Source: Candidatus Zhuqueibacterota bacterium
Lineage (GTDB): Bacteria; Zhuqueibacterota; Zhuqueibacteria; Residuimicrobiales; Oceaniaggregativiventaceae
Assembly: GCA_014728115.1 (NCBI GenBank)
Contig: WJME01000336.1
Location: 13,563-77,562 of the forward strand
Direction of reading: 5' to 3'
DNA: 64,000 nucleotides
The translations under genes and the position numbers were made by a program. This document shows positions 62,301 to 64,000 of this stretch, in pieces. The stretch's first letter is position 1; each line of letters begins with the position of its first letter. Below the pieces are notes generated by a model that ran no database searches, had not been told where the DNA came from, and saw only the letters and a list, made by a program, of their open reading frames with translations.

Positions 62301-62383
62301 ATTTGGATGGCCTTGTGGATCAGACGGATTACACGCTTTGGCAAAACAGCGCTTCTGCGGGGGCGCAGGCAGTACTGCCCTGA
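59339..62383 (+). CDS. S8 subtilisin-like serine protease (Csp-like insertion) with dockerin-like C-terminal module
   Basis: IVDTGID, HGHGTHVAG, SAGN, GTSMAAP triad. Start codon uncertain (59315-59354). Confidence 0.9.
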   Translation: MKIKSMLVILVVFFICFAPLHSARSQKPSDVNLEKLDGRFRQLLQKAKGWDIRGLAPMDKQLKKVKDGKEVYGAIIYAQDIKALRRGGIDVQSEQQTFATALVDDNDLIKLARMDGVTWVDAGALDTLHNDVARIASGVDLANNGFFNNTEYKGQDVLICIVDTGIDWEHLDFRDPTDPTQSRILAIWDQTISPQGSESNPADFTYGVEYTQAQINDELDGSPAGFVRSQDTHGHGTHVAGTAAGNGAASVDGSKFAGMAPKADILVVKAGNGSFPTTNIIDALTWADDKADDLGMPLIVNMSLGSNSGPHDGTDSKSQAIDDLVQPGRCVVVSAGNDGDDNIHVSDQINGSQYDDITVSVPSYTAMAGSNNDILIMEFWFDSNLDISATVTSPNGYSLTVGPGNQNDSNTADGTIYISNYTFSGNLDRYIYVKLYDQIQTTPPQTGSWTVRLTNQTTTTATTFHGWFADRTIGNPLTQASLSGADAAYTLGNTATEAIIVGSYVSRWRWLASNGLHYSGGGTDISDDISLFSSFGPTRYGIQDKPDIAAPGQAIVSSRSADTSPSPGSLVANDQHLKSQGTSMAAPVVAGAMALLHEINPTVDPSTLLSIVNQNAIKDNYTGAVWGEQWGNGKLNIVECINDLINPQKSIASETLVYDEWGSNFSYITLPTSDKLALKINPTLSGFLSGIWLHMGWDEVTSDIRITAYNEAAGKPANPIGESVTIPASGLLAYSWNLVNLANSHVALKQDSTYFVAVEPISASTSFGLETGTSDTRTSYFNGSDWYLQSWNLRLRPVIARDGILLVAKLFLQGGYNDASGTMNININTDLPLTSPYAEDPRTLATMPPGIVDWVLIQLTDPATNSVVASHSALLHSSGCIVADDGATGVVFLDVVPDDYRILLKHRNHVVIASASTPTMNGSNDTLFDFTDSANLYDQNGAVELQTNIWGLWCGDSDGSDLVNSTDYTVWYNAVRASASGYEAADINLDGLVDQTDYTLWQNSASAGAQAVLP

Positions 62384-62582
62384 GTGGTGTTTTCACCAAA
62401 AGATCGGGATATAGCCTTTTAGGAGTCATGACAGAAATACAGCTGGTCAAAATCAGAATCATTGCCACTGATTTTATTACGCTTAAAAGATAAAAAATTT
62501 ACCTCTGCTCGTTTGAGAATGGTATAATTTTTGTCAATCTGTTCTTTGAAATAATAAATCATAAACAAAGGTAGAGCAGCTT

Positions 62583-64000
62583 ATGTCCATCCAGCCATGG
62601 GTTTGTGTCTTGACCCTCGTTCCTGCCCTCTGTCTTGCCAAAGCAACAAAGTTACATCAGCCCGTCAGCACCGTTACGCCCAGAGAAATTGCTTCCTCGG
62701 GGTGCGCAACAGGAAGTGAAAACCCTGTCCCTGACAATGAGTCCTATGAACTCGAGGTGGTCTATCTCACCAATCTGGAACGACAGGCCAATGGCGTCGC
62801 ACCGCTCAAGGCGACGGCAGGCAATGCCCTCTCCAGAGCCGCCCGGTATCATGCTCAGGATATGGGAGACGATAATTACCATGATCATGATACACATGAT
62901 CGCAATCAACAGGGCGATCTGGTCCTGACCTGTGGCACCTGGGAACGGGTCGGTGCGTTTTTTTCCTACTGGGCAGCCGCCGAAAATATTGCTGCCGGCT
63001 ATCTCACTCCCGCTGATGTGGTCAACGGATGGATGAACAGCTCAGGACACCGGGCCAATATCCTCAATGCCAACCTGTGGGAGATCGGTGTAGGCTATGA
63101 TTATGAATCTTCCAGTGACTATGATCGTTACTGGGTACAGAATTTTGGCAAACGACCGGATATCTATCCTATCGTCATCGAACTCGAAGCGATGGAAACC
63201 GATCAGCAAACCGTGGATATTTATGCGTATGGTCAATCCCAGTTCGATGAGATCCGGTTTTGCAATGAAACCGGAACATGGTCGGATTGGCAACCGTTTA
63301 CCCAATCCGGGTTTACCTGGCAACTGAGCGCAGGATCGGGGCTCAAGACCGTAACCGCCGAGATGCGCAACGGCTCGACCACTCTTGCCAGCTCTGACGA
63401 GATTCTGTATTCGGAACCCCGGGTGTTCTCGTCTCTCAAGGTGTTTTTGCAAGGCGGATTCAACGGCACGGGTCAAGGGACTCTTTTGCAGCCTTTATTG
63501 CCCTTCCAATCCCCCTATCCCGATGCCAAACAGGTTTCACAGTTTCCTGCAAACGCTTCTGACTGGATTTATCTGCAGCTGCGGGAATCGGATGGCAGCA
63601 CGGTTGTGGCCGAAAAGAGCGCCTTTCTCATATCAGACGGCTCGATCACAGATGAAGATGGCTCGAACCAGATCGAATGGCCGGGGGTAGCAGAAGGCTC
63701 TTATTACCTCGTGGTGATCCACCGCAATCATCTCGATATGATGAGCCGGAACCCTGTATCTTTATCCGATGCATCTGCTGCTTGTTATGATTTTACTACA
63801 GATAGCAATCAAGCCTATGGCACCCACAGCATGATCCAACTGCCGGCAGGAGTCTGGGCCATGGTTGCCGGAGATATCGATGCCAACGGCGTATTGGATG
63901 ATGCAGACTATACCGAGTGGATGACCCGTGCAGCCTCGGGATCTGCAGGATATTTATATGCGGATTTGAATCTTGACGGGAATGTAAATACCCTGGACTA
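62583..64000 (+). CDS. CAP/SCP-domain secreted protein with dockerin-like C-terminal module, runs off the window
   Basis: Not in the ORF track. Manual translation from ATG at 62583 gives TNLERQANG, AARYHAQDM, ENIAAG, WMNSSGHRANIL, YWVQNFG, then KVFLQGGF...HRNHL...GDIDANG. Confidence 0.85.
   Translation, partial: MSIQPWVCVLTLVPALCLAKATKLHQPVSTVTPREIASSGCATGSENPVPDNESYELEVVYLTNLERQANGVAPLKATAGNALSRAARYHAQDMGDDNYHDHDTHDRNQQGDLVLTCGTWERVGAFFSYWAAAENIAAGYLTPADVVNGWMNSSGHRANILNANLWEIGVGYDYESSSDYDRYWVQNFGKRPDIYPIVIELEAMETDQQTVDIYAYGQSQFDEIRFCNETGTWSDWQPFTQSGFTWQLSAGSGLKTVTAEMRNGSTTLASSDEILYSEPRVFSSLKVFLQGGFNGTGQGTLLQPLLPFQSPYPDAKQVSQFPANASDWIYLQLRESDGSTVVAEKSAFLISDGSITDEDGSNQIEWPGVAEGSYYLVVIHRNHLDMMSRNPVSLSDASAACYDFTTDSNQAYGTHSMIQLPAGVWAMVAGDIDANGVLDDADYTEWMTRAASGSAGYLYADLNLDGNVNTLD

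Overview
A gene-dense bacterial chromosomal window. Tat/Sec-secreted CAZymes and proteins with PNPFN-type C-terminal Ig domains suggest an FCB-superphylum organism such as KSB1 or Calditrichota (inference only). Left to right: a partial NagB/PIG-L fusion, a sugar isomerase, DUF3078, spoVG, a thioredoxin and a radical SAM enzyme; a sugar-acid catabolic cluster (TRAP dctPQM, LacI, two SDRs, gnd, a LarA-family epimerase and an atypical PPi-PFK-like kinase); ferredoxin and SpmA/B; an EEP-GDPD fusion, GH109 and GH92; TPM-NTase-LemA; sdhCAB; an active/inactive M14 peptidase pair; a ~4.9 kb islet (45.1-50.0 kb); GH38, transglutaminase-like and GH42-like genes; and three tandem secreted proteins sharing a ~210-aa dockerin-like C-terminal module. 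The islet is bracketed by 88-bp direct repeats and a MITE-like element, and holds an HD hydrolase and a truncated copper-type gene cluster. The most unusual signal also lies in the islet: a non-coding ~1 kb symmetric array (46.07-47.13 kb) of four copies of a structured unit, two forward then two inverted, with a 183-bp period and a centre near 46622. No rRNA, tRNA or CRISPR array was seen. All alignments were done by eye.
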